DNA of 64,000 nucleotides from an uncultured Armatimonadetes bacterium. Lineage in GTDB: Bacteria > Armatimonadota > Hebobacteria > Hebobacterales > Hebobacteraceae. The notes beneath the pieces were generated by a model. That model saw only the letters and a list, made by a program, of their open reading frames with translations. It made no database searches and was not told the origin of the DNA. A program made the position numbers and the translations under genes. The stretch spans positions 4,000,001 to 4,064,000 of the forward strand of contig OY970296.1 of the NCBI GenBank assembly GCA_963716175.1, given 5' to 3'. Positions within the stretch are counted from its first letter, which is position 1; the number at the start of each line of letters is the position of its first letter. This document shows positions 30,452 to 40,596 of the stretch, one piece after another.

Positions 30452-32380
30452 TCAGTCGCTCTCCCGGAACTCGGCATCGATCACGCCTTCGTCGCCGCCT
30501 TCGCCGCCGGCCGCCTGGCTGGGTTCGCCGCCCTCCGGCCGGGTGCCAGCGCCTGCCGTCTGCGCCCCCGCGGCCTGCTGGTAAGCCAGCTCCGAGACCT
30601 TGGCAAAGGCGCGCTGCAGCTCGTCGGCGGCGGTGCGGATGCGCTCGATATCCTGTCCCTCCAGCGCCTTCTTCACCGCGTCTATTGCCTGCTGCGCCTT
30701 CTCTCGCTCGCCGGCCGGAATCTTGTCGCCCAGGTCGCGCAGACTGCGCTCGGCCGAGTACATCAGGGTCTCGGCCTGGTTGCGCGTCTCCGCCTGCTCG
30801 CGGCGGCCGCGGTCTTCCTCGGCGTGGCGGGAGGCGTCCTGCACCATGCGCTCGACTTCGTTGCGCTCCAGTTGGCTGGAGCCGGAGATCGTGATCTCCT
30901 GCTTGTTGCCCGTGGCCATATCCTTGGCAGTGACGTTCAGGATGCCGTTGACGTCAATGCTGAAGGTCACCTCGATCTTGGGGATGCCGCGCGGGGCGGG
31001 CGGGATGCCGGTGAGGCGGAACCGGCCCAGGCTGCGGCTATCCGCGGCCATGGAGCGCTCACCCTGGAGCACATGGATCTCCACCTCCGTCTGGCCGTCG
31101 GCGGCGGTGGTGAAGATCTCGCTCTTCTGGGTGGGGATGGTGGTATTGCGCTCGATCATGCGGTTCATCACTCCACCCAGCGTCTCGACGCCCAGAGAGA
31201 GCGGAGTCACGTCCAACAGCAGCACGTCGCGCACTTCCCGGACGATGATCCCGGCCTGAATGGCAGCGCCCATCGCCACCACTTCGTCCGGGTTGACGCC
31301 CTTGTGCGGCTCCTTCCCGCCGGTCAGCTTGCGGATCAGGTCCTGCACCATGGGCATGCGGGTAGCGCCGCCCACCAGCACCACTTCGTCCAGGCTGCGC
31401 ACCGCGATCTTGGCGTCGGCCAGCGCCTGCTCGAAGGGCCCCACCATGCGGTTGAGCAGATCCTGGGTCAGCTCCTCGAACTTCGCCCGGGTGAGGTTCA
31501 TATCCAGGTGCCGGGGGCCGGTCTGATCGGCGGTGACGAAGGGCAGGTTGATGCTGGTCTGCACCATGGTGGACAGCTCCACCTTCGCCTTCTCCGCTGC
31601 CTCCCGCAGACGCTGTAGCGCCTGGCGATCCTTGCGCAGGTCTATGCCCTGCTCTCGCTGGAACTGGTCGGCCACGTGGTTGACGATGCGCTCATCCCAG
31701 TCGTCCCCGCCCAGGTGAGTGTCGCCATTGGTGGCCTTCACCTCGCACACATTCTCCCCCACCTCCAGCAGCGAGACATCGAAGGTCCCGCCCCCTAGGT
31801 CCCACACCAGAATGGTCTGCTCCTTGGCCGTGGAATCGCGCCCGAACCCGTAAGCGAGCGAGGCCGCGGTCGGCTCGTTGATGATGCGCATCACCTCCAG
31901 CCCGGCGATCTCGCCGGCGTTCTTGGTGGCCGTGCGCTGGGCGTCGTTGAAGTAGGCCGGCACCGTGATCACCGCCCGCGAGACTTTCTCGCCCAGGTAG
32001 GCCTCCGCGTCCTCCCTCAGCTTGCGCAGCACCATCGCGGAGATCTCCTCCGGGGTGTACTCCTTCTCGTCAATGCCCACCACGGCCATGCCATTGCGCC
32101 CCTCCACCACCCGGTAGGGCACGATCTTGCGCTCTGACTCCACCTCGGAGTAGCGCCGCCCCATGAACCGCTTGATGGAGTAGACCGTGTGCTCCGCATT
32201 GATGATCGCCTGCCGCTTCGCGGGCTGGCCCACCAGACGCTCTCCGCTCTTGGTGAACCCCACCACCGAGGGCGTCAGCCGGCTGCCCTCGGCATTGGGA
32301 ATAACCACTGGCTCCCCACCTTCGATGACCGCCACCACTGAGTTGGTTGTCCCCAGGTCAATCCCGATCACTTTCGCCAT
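30452..32380 (-). CDS. dnaK: Chaperone DnaK
   Basis: [36 protein letters not shown]. Confidence 0.97.
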   Translation of the reverse strand: MAKVIGIDLGTTNSVVAVIEGGEPVVIPNAEGSRLTPSVVGFTKSGERLVGQPAKRQAIINAEHTVYSIKRFMGRRYSEVESERKIVPYRVVEGRNGMAVVGIDEKEYTPEEISAMVLRKLREDAEAYLGEKVSRAVITVPAYFNDAQRTATKNAGEIAGLEVMRIINEPTAASLAYGFGRDSTAKEQTILVWDLGGGTFDVSLLEVGENVCEVKATNGDTHLGGDDWDERIVNHVADQFQREQGIDLRKDRQALQRLREAAEKAKVELSTMVQTSINLPFVTADQTGPRHLDMNLTRAKFEELTQDLLNRMVGPFEQALADAKIAVRSLDEVVLVGGATRMPMVQDLIRKLTGGKEPHKGVNPDEVVAMGAAIQAGIIVREVRDVLLLDVTPLSLGVETLGGVMNRMIERNTTIPTQKSEIFTTAADGQTEVEIHVLQGERSMAADSRSLGRFRLTGIPPAPRGIPKIEVTFSIDVNGILNVTAKDMATGNKQEITISGSSQLERNEVERMVQDASRHAEEDRGRREQAETRNQAETLMYSAERSLRDLGDKIPAGEREKAQQAIDAVKKALEGQDIERIRTAADELQRAFAKVSELAYQQAAGAQTAGAGTRPEGGEPSQAAGGEGGDEGVIDAEFRESD

Positions 32381-32475
32381 TGTTAGCCTCCTCGCGCTCT
32401 AAACTGGCGGCGCCCCCGCGCCGACAACAGCGGGGGCCCAGCCAACTGTCTGCTCTCGCTCCCTTAGTCTACCCC

Positions 32476-32506
32476 ATTATGGAACCTTGATAGCATCATT
32501 GTCAAG
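32476..32506 (-). promoter_or_regulatory. dnaK operon sigma70-type promoter overlapped by a HAIR-like HspR operator
   Basis: Minus strand TTGACA-N18-CATAAT. Inverted repeat CTTGATA-GCATCAT-TGTCAAG at 32486..32506 matches HAIR CTTGAGT-N7-ACTCAAG at 10/14. Confidence 0.7.
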
Positions 32507-32635
32507 AGGGCTTACAGACATTCCGAACACAGGCACTCGACTCAGCACAGGGGCGTCAGCCTAGCTCCAGAGAGGTGTAGAGTGTAGAGGCCTGTGAGCC
32601 CACAGGGCGGGCGCCCCGTGCCGTTCACGAGGCTG

Positions 32636-34084
32636 CTAGGAGCCGGCCGGGCCTGCCAGCACCCGGAGCTGCTCCTGCACCACCCATTTCAGGTCCCCGG
32701 TGGCCGTCTTCTCCAGCTTCTCCAGCGGCTGCACAGCCCGCCGGTCCCGGATCTCACCGAGCGCCACCGCGCTCCACTTCTGCACCTCGGAGTTGGGGCT
32801 GGAGAGGGCGGAGATCAACTGGGGCACAGCCAGAGTCCCCATGCCCACCACGCCCTCCGCGATCTGATAGTTCACGGTAGTGTTGCCACTTCCGGCGATC
32901 GCACCGAGCAGCTCCGGGATGACGCCGGGGCCAATGGCGGAGAGAGCCCCGACTGAAGCGCTCACTACCCGCCATTGGGGGTCGGAGAGTGCGGCCACCA
33001 GGGTAGGCACGCCCCCCAGGTTGCCCGGCCAGCCCATGGCGGACGCGGCCGAGGCGCGCACTTGCTCATCAGCATCCCGCAGCGCGGCAGCGAGAGGACC
33101 GTTGAGCAGCGCCGAGTCCGCACCCACCAGCCCGGCGGCCGCGGCCCGCCGCACCAGGACCTGGGGGGATTGCAGGTACCGTGCCATCGCGGGGTACGTC
33201 ACGGGCCCGCTCTTGTGCACGATTCGCCGAAGCGCGACGATGGCGATCTCGCGGTAGTTCTTCTCTGCTATCGTCATGGTGGCCATGATGGGCTCCAGGC
33301 CGCGAGCATCACCAATCAGGCCCAGGGCATTGGCGGCATCCTCCCGGTTGTCAGTCTTCTTCAGGAAGGGGATCACCGCGAGGGTGGTGCGGGGATCGCC
33401 CAGCTCACCGAGGCAGCCGAGGCCAGCGCCCGGCGACATTTTCGGCTTGAGGTTGTCCAGGGCTGCCTGCTCCGCCAGCATCACCTTCTGTTTCCCCAGA
33501 TCTTTCAGAACTTGCTTTCGCAGGTCTTCATCCACGACATAGCAGGCCGCCAACAAGGCGCCCACCCCCACGCTCCCCATCTTCGAAAGGGCTTGCGAGG
33601 CCCCTTTGTAGGAGGAGCGATCCGAGAGCAGCATGCGCACCTCCGGGGCCGCCACCAGGCCGATGTCCTGCAGCCCCTTCACCGCCTCGTCCAGGGTACC
33701 ACCGCTGGCGGAGAGCGCGGCCATCAAGGTCGCCACCGCGTGCTCGCCCTGCTTGACCAGCGCCTCCCGGGCCCAACGGCGCGGGGCCTCCTCTTGATCC
33801 TTCAGGATCACCCCCAGCAGGCGGATCGCCTCATCCGTGCCGATCTCGCCCAGCGCCTGCGCGGTCTTGCTCCGGACGATGATGGCCTGGGCCGGGAGCG
33901 CGTCCTCCAGCTTCCTCATCTCCATGAGAGACCGCGCCGCGGCCACCCTGACCTTCATATCATTGCTGCTGAGATTCTGCAGCAGCTGGCGCTTCACCAG
34001 GTAGCGCGCAGTCAGCCATCCGATCAGCCCCAGGCCAACCACAGCGATGATCACATAGGTAAGCGTGCGACCACGGCTAGTCAT
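32636..34084 (-). CDS. Membrane-anchored HEAT-repeat protein
   Basis: N-terminal TM, then repeated ALGEIG / VRASAASAMG HEAT motifs. Confidence 0.85.
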   Translation of the reverse strand: MTSRGRTLTYVIIAVVGLGLIGWLTARYLVKRQLLQNLSSNDMKVRVAAARSLMEMRKLEDALPAQAIIVRSKTAQALGEIGTDEAIRLLGVILKDQEEAPRRWAREALVKQGEHAVATLMAALSASGGTLDEAVKGLQDIGLVAAPEVRMLLSDRSSYKGASQALSKMGSVGVGALLAACYVVDEDLRKQVLKDLGKQKVMLAEQAALDNLKPKMSPGAGLGCLGELGDPRTTLAVIPFLKKTDNREDAANALGLIGDARGLEPIMATMTIAEKNYREIAIVALRRIVHKSGPVTYPAMARYLQSPQVLVRRAAAAGLVGADSALLNGPLAAALRDADEQVRASAASAMGWPGNLGGVPTLVAALSDPQWRVVSASVGALSAIGPGVIPELLGAIAGSGNTTVNYQIAEGVVGMGTLAVPQLISALSSPNSEVQKWSAVALGEIRDRRAVQPLEKLEKTATGDLKWVVQEQLRVLAGPAGS

Positions 34085-34324
34085 GGCGGCTCCTCTGGAC
34101 CATACTCGGCGCTCGCTTTCGACGGTCGGGAAAGCCAATCCTTCTCTGCGGCGCCGGCCCGCAATGTGGAATAAGGCTTTGGGGTGGCTAGGTCGGCAGC
34201 GCCGACCGCTGGCTAAGCCCGCCTTCGGCGGGCCGCCATCCCGGCTTTCAGGCCTAGGGACATGGCGGCCGGAGGCCTAGCCACAGGCGGCCGCCTGTGC
34301 CCCGCGCCGATCAGGAGTCATACT

Positions 34325-34711
34325 GTGGACACCAAACCGCTCGACATTCTGGTGGTGGATGACGAGCAGAGCATCTGCCTCCTCCTCCATGACGTGCTCG
34401 ACCGCTTCGGTCATCAAGTAAGCACCTGCCAGGATGGCGGCGCCGCGCTCAAGCTCGCGGCCGAGCGCTCGTTCGACCTGGTCTTCCTGGACATCCGCAT
34501 GCCTGGCATGGGCGGGGTCGAGCTGCTGAAGCAACTGCACGAGCGCCACCCTGACACCACCTATGTCATGATCACCGGCTATGCCCACAACGAGATCGTG
34601 GACGAGTCGCTGCGCAGCGGCGCCTCTGCCTGCCTCTGCAAGCCGTTCAGCCTTTCCCAGGTGATGAAGCTGCTTCAGGAAATCACCTCCCGCCAGCCGG
34701 CGCCCGCCTAG
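34325..34711 (+). CDS. Stand-alone response regulator receiver (CheY-like)
   Basis: ILVVDDE, FLDIRMPGMGG, MITGY, LCKPF; GTG start after AGGAG. Confidence 0.9.
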   Translation: MDTKPLDILVVDDEQSICLLLHDVLDRFGHQVSTCQDGGAALKLAAERSFDLVFLDIRMPGMGGVELLKQLHERHPDTTYVMITGYAHNEIVDESLRSGASACLCKPFSLSQVMKLLQEITSRQPAPA

Positions 34712-34838
34712 AGCGCATTTCATAACCTACCGGCTGGCTGGCCGCACCACGCCCTCGCACGAAATGCGCCTGCCACGGCCTGACGTTGTGCAGTGCTGTT
34801 TCATAACCTCCCCTGGGAAGGTTACGAAACAGCTTCCA
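34709..34838. mobile_element. 130-bp MITE, family A (copy 2)
   Basis: Near-identical to 11767..11896. Its left TAG is the stop codon of the receiver gene. Confidence 0.8.
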
Positions 34839-34846
34839 GCCGCAGC

Positions 34847-36148
34847 TCATTCCGCTCCCGCGCCGGCCAGCAGCCAGTCCAGCGGTTGCCGCCGGTAGCG
34901 CTGCACCCCCCAGTCCAGATCCTCCGCAAGCAGGAAGCAGCCCCCTCCTCGCGGCTCCAGCTTCTGCCCGGCCTTCAGGTGTTCCAGGATCTTACGCTGG
35001 AGAGTGGTGTCCCTGGGAGCCTTGCTCAGGTCCTTCGGGAAGTGGTGGTCGAACACGGTCTCGAGCAGCTCCCGCTCACTGGACGGGACCGGGACCAGAT
35101 AGACCTCCCGCTGAAAGCGCACCATGTTGGATCTGGGGGGCAGCCAATCCTCGAGCTGCGCGTCCAGCAGCCAGGAGGTGCAGCAGAAGCCGACAAAAGG
35201 GCGCTCCGGGAAGTGGCGGGGGAAGAACTCGGCGGCGCGGCGAAACGACTCGCCGCACAGGTCGTGGGCCAGCGGGCCGCCGTCCGGCATGTGCAGGTGC
35301 AGTACCGGGTCGCCTGGCGCCAGCACCTGCCGCCATTCCGCCGCAGGAAGCGAGACGGTGTGGGGGAGTGCCGCCCCCGTGGGCAAGATGGGATGGCCCA
35401 CAACCTGGTCCTCGCCGATAGCGAAATGCGCGGTCCAGCCTTTCTCCTGCCGGCCCCGGCGATGGTGGTTGGGGCGCTGGCCATTGGCCCGATAGCGCAC
35501 GCCCTCCTCGGAAAGGGCGAGCACGGTGCCTGAGGCATGGTGGCGAAAGACGCGGATGGGGAACCGGCAGGTGGTGAACTGGAACTGAAGCCGGCCCAGG
35601 CGGTAGAGATCCCCGCGCAGAAAATGGGTGAACCAGGCCAGCTCGTGCAGGGAAAGACCCGGGGCGTGGCTCCCATGGTGGTGGTGCCGGTGATGGTCCA
35701 CGCTGTGAACCAGGTCACTGAGGCTGTGGCGCGCCACCGCTGCCGGCACCCCATGGGCCTCGTTCAGGGCTCTCAGGCGGGGCAGCGCCGACAGCAGAAC
35801 CAGGAGGTGGAAGAGCCCCGCGTCGTCGCCTAGCGCTTCCCGGAGGGAGGGCCACTCGCAGATATCATCGAAGTCAGGCTCGCCCGCAGTGAGGAATAGC
35901 CGGTGGTGGTAGTGCCACGCCAGGGCCCCCAGAGCGGCATTGCCGGCGAAGCGGCCACAGGCCGCGGAGGCCGCCTGGGCCACCTCCTCCGGAAGCCCGA
36001 GATCCCGGCAGACCTCGGCCGCGAAGTCCGGCGCGAGAAACGTGACATCGCCGGCCGGCCTCGACCTCTGGGAGGCATCCCACCCCGGCCTGAGAGTATC
36101 AATGTCGTCGGCCAGAGAGAGTTGGCGGACGACGTCGGTCAGTTCCAT
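34847..36148 (-). CDS. Acyltransferase-domain (DUF5596-like) protein
   Basis: LYRLGRLQF, VLHLHMPDGGPL, CTSWLLD motifs. Confidence 0.7.
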   Translation of the reverse strand: MELTDVVRQLSLADDIDTLRPGWDASQRSRPAGDVTFLAPDFAAEVCRDLGLPEEVAQAASAACGRFAGNAALGALAWHYHHRLFLTAGEPDFDDICEWPSLREALGDDAGLFHLLVLLSALPRLRALNEAHGVPAAVARHSLSDLVHSVDHHRHHHHGSHAPGLSLHELAWFTHFLRGDLYRLGRLQFQFTTCRFPIRVFRHHASGTVLALSEEGVRYRANGQRPNHHRRGRQEKGWTAHFAIGEDQVVGHPILPTGAALPHTVSLPAAEWRQVLAPGDPVLHLHMPDGGPLAHDLCGESFRRAAEFFPRHFPERPFVGFCCTSWLLDAQLEDWLPPRSNMVRFQREVYLVPVPSSERELLETVFDHHFPKDLSKAPRDTTLQRKILEHLKAGQKLEPRGGGCFLLAEDLDWGVQRYRRQPLDWLLAGAGAE

Positions 36149-36284
36149 CTGCCTGCTATCACTCCTTCGCAACCCGAGCGTTCGGCGCGCTCACTGCTCC
36201 CGCGACTCTCGCCCACAGAGGCCAGGGCGAGAATCGCGCACGACCCACCAGGGAACCCGACCAAGCTCCTCGCCCGGTATTGCG

Positions 36285-37325
36285 TCAACGGGCGAAGAGC
36301 TCCAGCTCATCTCGCCAGGTGCGGGACATGAGGGACCTGACGGCGTCCTCTGGCGCCGTGCCCTCGAACAGCAGAGCGTGCACGGCGCTGGTGATGGGCA
36401 TCTCCACCCCGGCCTGCGCGGCCAGCGTCTGCGCCGCCCGGGTGGTCTCGACTCCCTCTGCCACCTGGCTCATTCCGGCCAGCACCTCCTCCAATCTCCT
36501 CCCCTTCGCCAGCTCACAACCCACCAGGTAGTTCCGGCTCTTGCGACTGGCGCAGGTGGCCACCAGGTCGCCCATTCCGGAGAGCCCGCGAAAGGTCTCG
36601 CCTCTGGCGCCCAGGGCCACCCCCAGGCGGGTGATCTCGGCCAGACCGCGGGTCAGGAGCGCGGCCTTGGTGTTGTCGCCGAATCCCAGGCCATCGCTCG
36701 CCCCCGCGCCGATGGCAATGATGTTCTTCAGGGCCCCGCCCAGTTCCACCCCGGGCACATCCGGGTTGGTGTAGACGCGGAACCGGGGCGTGCTCAGTGC
36801 GGCTTGCGCCTCCGCCGCGAACGACGGGTCCGCGCAGGCCACCACGGTGGCGCTGGCCACTCCGGCTGCCACCTCCGGCGCCAGGTTCGGCCCGGACAGG
36901 ACGGCGACCGGGCCCCGCGGCGTCGCGCCCAGAGCGGCTTCCACCACCTGTGACAGCCGCCTTCCGGTCTCGTGCTCCAGGCCCTTCGCGGCGCTGATCA
37001 CCCCCTGGTCTGGATGCAGGCACGGGGCGAGCTGTTTGCTCACCTCGCCGATGCCGTCGGAGGGCACCGCGAGCACTACCATCCTGGCTCCGCCCACTGC
37101 GTCCCGCAGATCGGAGGTCGCCTCCACCGCCTCCGGCAGCGCGAATTGCGATAGGTACTCCGGGTTCCGTCGCTCCCGGCGGATCGCGGCCGCCATCTCC
37201 GGCCGGCGCGCCCACAGCCTGACCTGCCAGCCCGCCTTGCCCAAGATCAGGCTCAGAGCGGTGCCCCAACTCCCTGCCCCGATCACCGCGATCGCCCCGC
37301 GCTCTGCGTTACCATTGCTCATCAC
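36285..37325 (-). CDS. gpsA: NAD(P)H-dependent glycerol-3-phosphate dehydrogenase
   Basis: GAGSWGTAL, LSGPNLA, GGALKN, GMGDLVATC, SRN. Confidence 0.95.
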   Translation of the reverse strand: MMSNGNAERGAIAVIGAGSWGTALSLILGKAGWQVRLWARRPEMAAAIRRERRNPEYLSQFALPEAVEATSDLRDAVGGARMVVLAVPSDGIGEVSKQLAPCLHPDQGVISAAKGLEHETGRRLSQVVEAALGATPRGPVAVLSGPNLAPEVAAGVASATVVACADPSFAAEAQAALSTPRFRVYTNPDVPGVELGGALKNIIAIGAGASDGLGFGDNTKAALLTRGLAEITRLGVALGARGETFRGLSGMGDLVATCASRKSRNYLVGCELAKGRRLEEVLAGMSQVAEGVETTRAAQTLAAQAGVEMPITSAVHALLFEGTAPEDAVRSLMSRTWRDELELFAR

Positions 37326-37495
37326 TGACTAGTTCGTAGGGCGCAAGGGCGTCTCCTGCCCTTCGTAGCTCTCTCGCACCGCTGATGCTGCTGTCTTGCT
37401 ACGCGTTCGGCAGCGGAAGGCAGTTCAGTCAGTCCGCAGAAAATGCAGACGACTCTCCCGGGCATAGCTCTGGGATGGCGGAGAGGACCGCTCGT

Positions 37496-38431
37496 ATGGC
37501 TTCCGATCTTCCGTCAGATACCAGCGACAGGAGTGTTGCTCCCACACGCGGCGGCTGGAGCAAGTCGCCCCGGAATCCGATTCTGGGCGGGGACCTGGGC
37601 GCGTGCTCGGACGCCGCCGTGCTGAGGGAGGGCGAGAAGTTCCGCCTGTGGTTCTCCTGGCGGCGGCAGCGGGCCATCGGCCTGGCGGAGAGTGAGGACG
37701 GAGTTGATTGGGGCGATCCGCAGGTGGTGCTGGCGCCGCAGCTCAGGTGGGAGGAGCTGGTCAACCGGATCTCGGTGCTCAAGCGACCAGAGGGCTATCG
37801 TATGTGGTACACGGGGCAGGTCGTCTCCGGCCTCGCGCGTTCTGTCATCGGCTATGCCACCAGCCCGGACGGCGTCACCTGGAAGCGGCACAGCGACAGG
37901 CCCGTGCTCTCACCCCAGGAGCCCTGGGAGAAATCATCGGTGATGTGCCCGCATGTCCTCTGCGATGATACCGGGCGATTCCTTCGGATGTGGTATTCCG
38001 GCGGCGAGCAGCGTGCGCCTGATGCCATCGGCTATGCCACCAGCCCAGGCGGGATATTCTGGACCAAGTTGCCCACCAATCCGGTGTTCCTGCCGGATCC
38101 TCGCAGCTCGTGGGAGCAGCAGAAGGTGGCCGCCTGCCAGGTGATCCGCCATGACCAATGGTATCTCATGTTCTACGTCGGCCTCCAGGACGCGGAGCAC
38201 GCTCACATCGGTCTCGCCCGCTCTCGCAATGGGATCAGCGGCTGGCTCCGGCACCCCGCCAACCCGATCCTCTCGCCCAGCGGCAGTGAGTGGGATGGAG
38301 ACGCGGTCTGCCAGCCATTTGCCCTCTTTGACGAGAAGCAGAAGCTCTGGCGGCTTTGGTACACCGGCCGCCGCGGCGACCAGGAGCAGATCGGGCTGGC
38401 CCTGCACGAGGGTGAGGACCTGGGGTTCTGA
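37496..38431 (+). CDS. Five-bladed beta-propeller glycoside hydrolase-like protein (GH32/43/130-like)
   Basis: Repeated MWY.G...IGYATSPDGVTW...PVL blades. Confidence 0.8.
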   Translation: MASDLPSDTSDRSVAPTRGGWSKSPRNPILGGDLGACSDAAVLREGEKFRLWFSWRRQRAIGLAESEDGVDWGDPQVVLAPQLRWEELVNRISVLKRPEGYRMWYTGQVVSGLARSVIGYATSPDGVTWKRHSDRPVLSPQEPWEKSSVMCPHVLCDDTGRFLRMWYSGGEQRAPDAIGYATSPGGIFWTKLPTNPVFLPDPRSSWEQQKVAACQVIRHDQWYLMFYVGLQDAEHAHIGLARSRNGISGWLRHPANPILSPSGSEWDGDAVCQPFALFDEKQKLWRLWYTGRRGDQEQIGLALHEGEDLGF

Positions 38432-38467
38432 CCGGTCCCCTCCGTGCGGTTTGACACGGTCAGCGGC

Positions 38468-38550
38468 TGTAGGGGCGTGATTCATCACGCCCACCCCCTC
38501 GCGGGCGCAATGCTTGCCCGCCGGCCGTGTGGAGGGAATCGCGCCCCTAC
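38468..38550. repeat. Inverted GTAG REP pair with nested mini-hairpin
   Basis: TGTAGGGGCGTGA-TTCA-TCACGCCC, and on the minus strand GTAGGGGCGCGATT-[insert]-CATTGCGCCC. Confidence 0.65.
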
Positions 38551-38562
38551 CGGCCAGGCGGA

Positions 38563-39228
38563 TCAGACCGGGGGGCCGCTCTCCGCTGAGCTGTCGCCTT
38601 CATCCGAGAGTCCGACCCGTTGCCCGATCCTGGCCTCGGTGCCGGCCCGCAATCGCTTGATGTTCGGAAGGTGGCGCAGGATCACCAGCAGCGCGATCGC
38701 CGACCAGAAGAGCAGCCATTGCCAGCGCAGCCCCGCGAGCGCCATATATATTGGCACCGAGGCCGCCGCCGCCATGGAGCCGACCGAGATATAGCGCGTG
38801 ATCCCGACCAGCAGCAGCCAGACGACCAATCCCACCACCGCCGCCGGCCAGCAGAGGCCGACGAGCGCGCCCGCCGTGGTGGTGACCCCGCGGCCGCCGC
38901 GGAATCCGAGGAAGAGCGAGCAGCTATGCCCCAGGATGGCGGCGAGAGCGAGGGCTAACAACCAGAGGTCGGCCTGGGAGGTGGCAGCAGGCAAGCTTCC
39001 CCCCAACAGGTGGCGACCTACGGCCACCGGCAGGTACCCTTTGAGAGCATCGCCGAGCAAGACCACGGAGGCCGGGCCCGGACCCAGCACGCGCAGCACG
39101 TTCGAGAAGCCGATGTTGCCGCTCCCGTACTTCCGCACATCCACCCCGCGCCAAACGCGCCCGACGATCACACCAAAGGGTATGCTGCCGATCAAGTAAG
39201 CGCAGATCAGGAGGAGGGCGATCTTCAT
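38563..39228 (-). CDS. plsY: Glycerol-3-phosphate acyltransferase PlsY
   Basis: YLIGSIPFG, GSGNIG, DALKG, GH...F.GGRGV, RHLPNIKRL. Confidence 0.95.
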   Translation of the reverse strand: MKIALLLICAYLIGSIPFGVIVGRVWRGVDVRKYGSGNIGFSNVLRVLGPGPASVVLLGDALKGYLPVAVGRHLLGGSLPAATSQADLWLLALALAAILGHSCSLFLGFRGGRGVTTTAGALVGLCWPAAVVGLVVWLLLVGITRYISVGSMAAAASVPIYMALAGLRWQWLLFWSAIALLVILRHLPNIKRLRAGTEARIGQRVGLSDEGDSSAESGPPV

Positions 39229-39231
39229 GCC

Positions 39232-40596
39232 CTACTCGCCCGGCCCGCGATCGCGCCGATGGGCGCGGCGCAGCAGGAATCTGATCGGAGTTCCCTCCAG
39301 CGGGAGGCGGGCCCTGATCTGGTTCTCCAGATACCTGAGATGGGAGAAGTGCATCAGGTCCGGGTCGTTCACGAACAGAGCGAGGGTCGGCGGCTTGCTC
39401 CTCACCTGGGTCGCGTAGTAGACCTTGAGCTGCCTGCCTTTCCGGGAGAGCGGCCGCTCCCAGGTCGCCTGCCCCAGGATGCGGTTCAGCTCCGCGGTCT
39501 GGAACCGGAAAGCGTGCTGCTCGGCCGCATTCACCGCGGTCTCGAGCAGGGCCTCGATTCCCAGGCCGGTGAGCGCGGACACGAAGGCGAGCGGAGCATA
39601 GGAGATCTCCGGCAGCCAGGCCTGTACCTCCCGGCCGAAATCCTTCATCAGGGTCCGCGCCGGCTGCTCGCCGACGCCCGGCGGCGCGCGCAGGTCCCAT
39701 TTGCTGACCACCAGCACCTGGGCTCTTCCCTCCTCATGGGCGCGGCCGGCGATGCGCTTGTCCTGGTCGGTCAGACCGGCGCTGGCGTCAATCAGGGGCA
39801 GCGCGACGTCGCACCGCTCGATGGCGCCGAAAGCGCGCAGCACGCTGTAATACTCGAAATCCTCCTGCACCCGGCTCTTGCGCCTGATGCCGGCGGTGTC
39901 AATCAGGATCAGCGAGCGATCCTGCCACCGGTAGGGCGTATCTATGGAGTCCCTGGTAGTCCCTGGGGCCGAGTCCACGACGGCGCGCGGCTCGCCCAGG
40001 ATGGCATTCAGCAGAGAAGACTTGCCCACATTTGGCCGGCCCACGATGGCGATGCGGATCACGTCTTCGCCCTCGGGCAGGGGCGCGGTCTCCGGCAGAT
40101 GCTGAGCGACTAGATCCAGCAGCGTGTCGGTCTCCAGGCCGTGGGCGGCCGAAACTCCCACCACCTCGCCCAGGCCGAAGCGATAGAAGTCGGGGATGCC
40201 GTCCTCGCGGCGCTTGCTGTCCACCTTGTTGACCGCCACCACCACCGGCTTGCCGGTCTTCCGCAACAGATCGGCGATCTCGTCGTCGAAGGCGGCCGGG
40301 CCCTCCTTCCCGTCCACGACGAACACGATCACATCCGCTTCCGCGATGGCGAACTCCACCTGGCGCACTACCTCGGCGTGCAAGTGGTCGCCGGCCACCT
40401 GTAGCCCGCCGGTATCAATCAGCGTGAACCGCTTTCCCTCCCATTCGCAGTCGGCGTAGATGCGGTCACGGGTGATGCCCGGGGTGCGCTCCTCAATCGC
40501 GATGCGGTGACCGGCAATGCGGTTGAAGAGCGTGGACTTCCCCACATTGGGCCGGCCCACGATGGCAACCACCCCGCGGTCGAGCGCGCCGCTCAT
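39232..40596 (-). CDS. der: Ribosome biogenesis GTPase Der (EngA)
   Basis: Two GRPNVGKS G-domains and a KH-like C-terminus. Confidence 0.97.
   Translation of the reverse strand: MSGALDRGVVAIVGRPNVGKSTLFNRIAGHRIAIEERTPGITRDRIYADCEWEGKRFTLIDTGGLQVAGDHLHAEVVRQVEFAIAEADVIVFVVDGKEGPAAFDDEIADLLRKTGKPVVVAVNKVDSKRREDGIPDFYRFGLGEVVGVSAAHGLETDTLLDLVAQHLPETAPLPEGEDVIRIAIVGRPNVGKSSLLNAILGEPRAVVDSAPGTTRDSIDTPYRWQDRSLILIDTAGIRRKSRVQEDFEYYSVLRAFGAIERCDVALPLIDASAGLTDQDKRIAGRAHEEGRAQVLVVSKWDLRAPPGVGEQPARTLMKDFGREVQAWLPEISYAPLAFVSALTGLGIEALLETAVNAAEQHAFRFQTAELNRILGQATWERPLSRKGRQLKVYYATQVRSKPPTLALFVNDPDLMHFSHLRYLENQIRARLPLEGTPIRFLLRRAHRRDRGPGE

Noticed and set aside
32530-32560. CIRCE (HrcA) operator upstream of dnaK
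   Set aside because: Only a GGCACTC half-site; no matching GAGTGC arm at 9-nt spacing.
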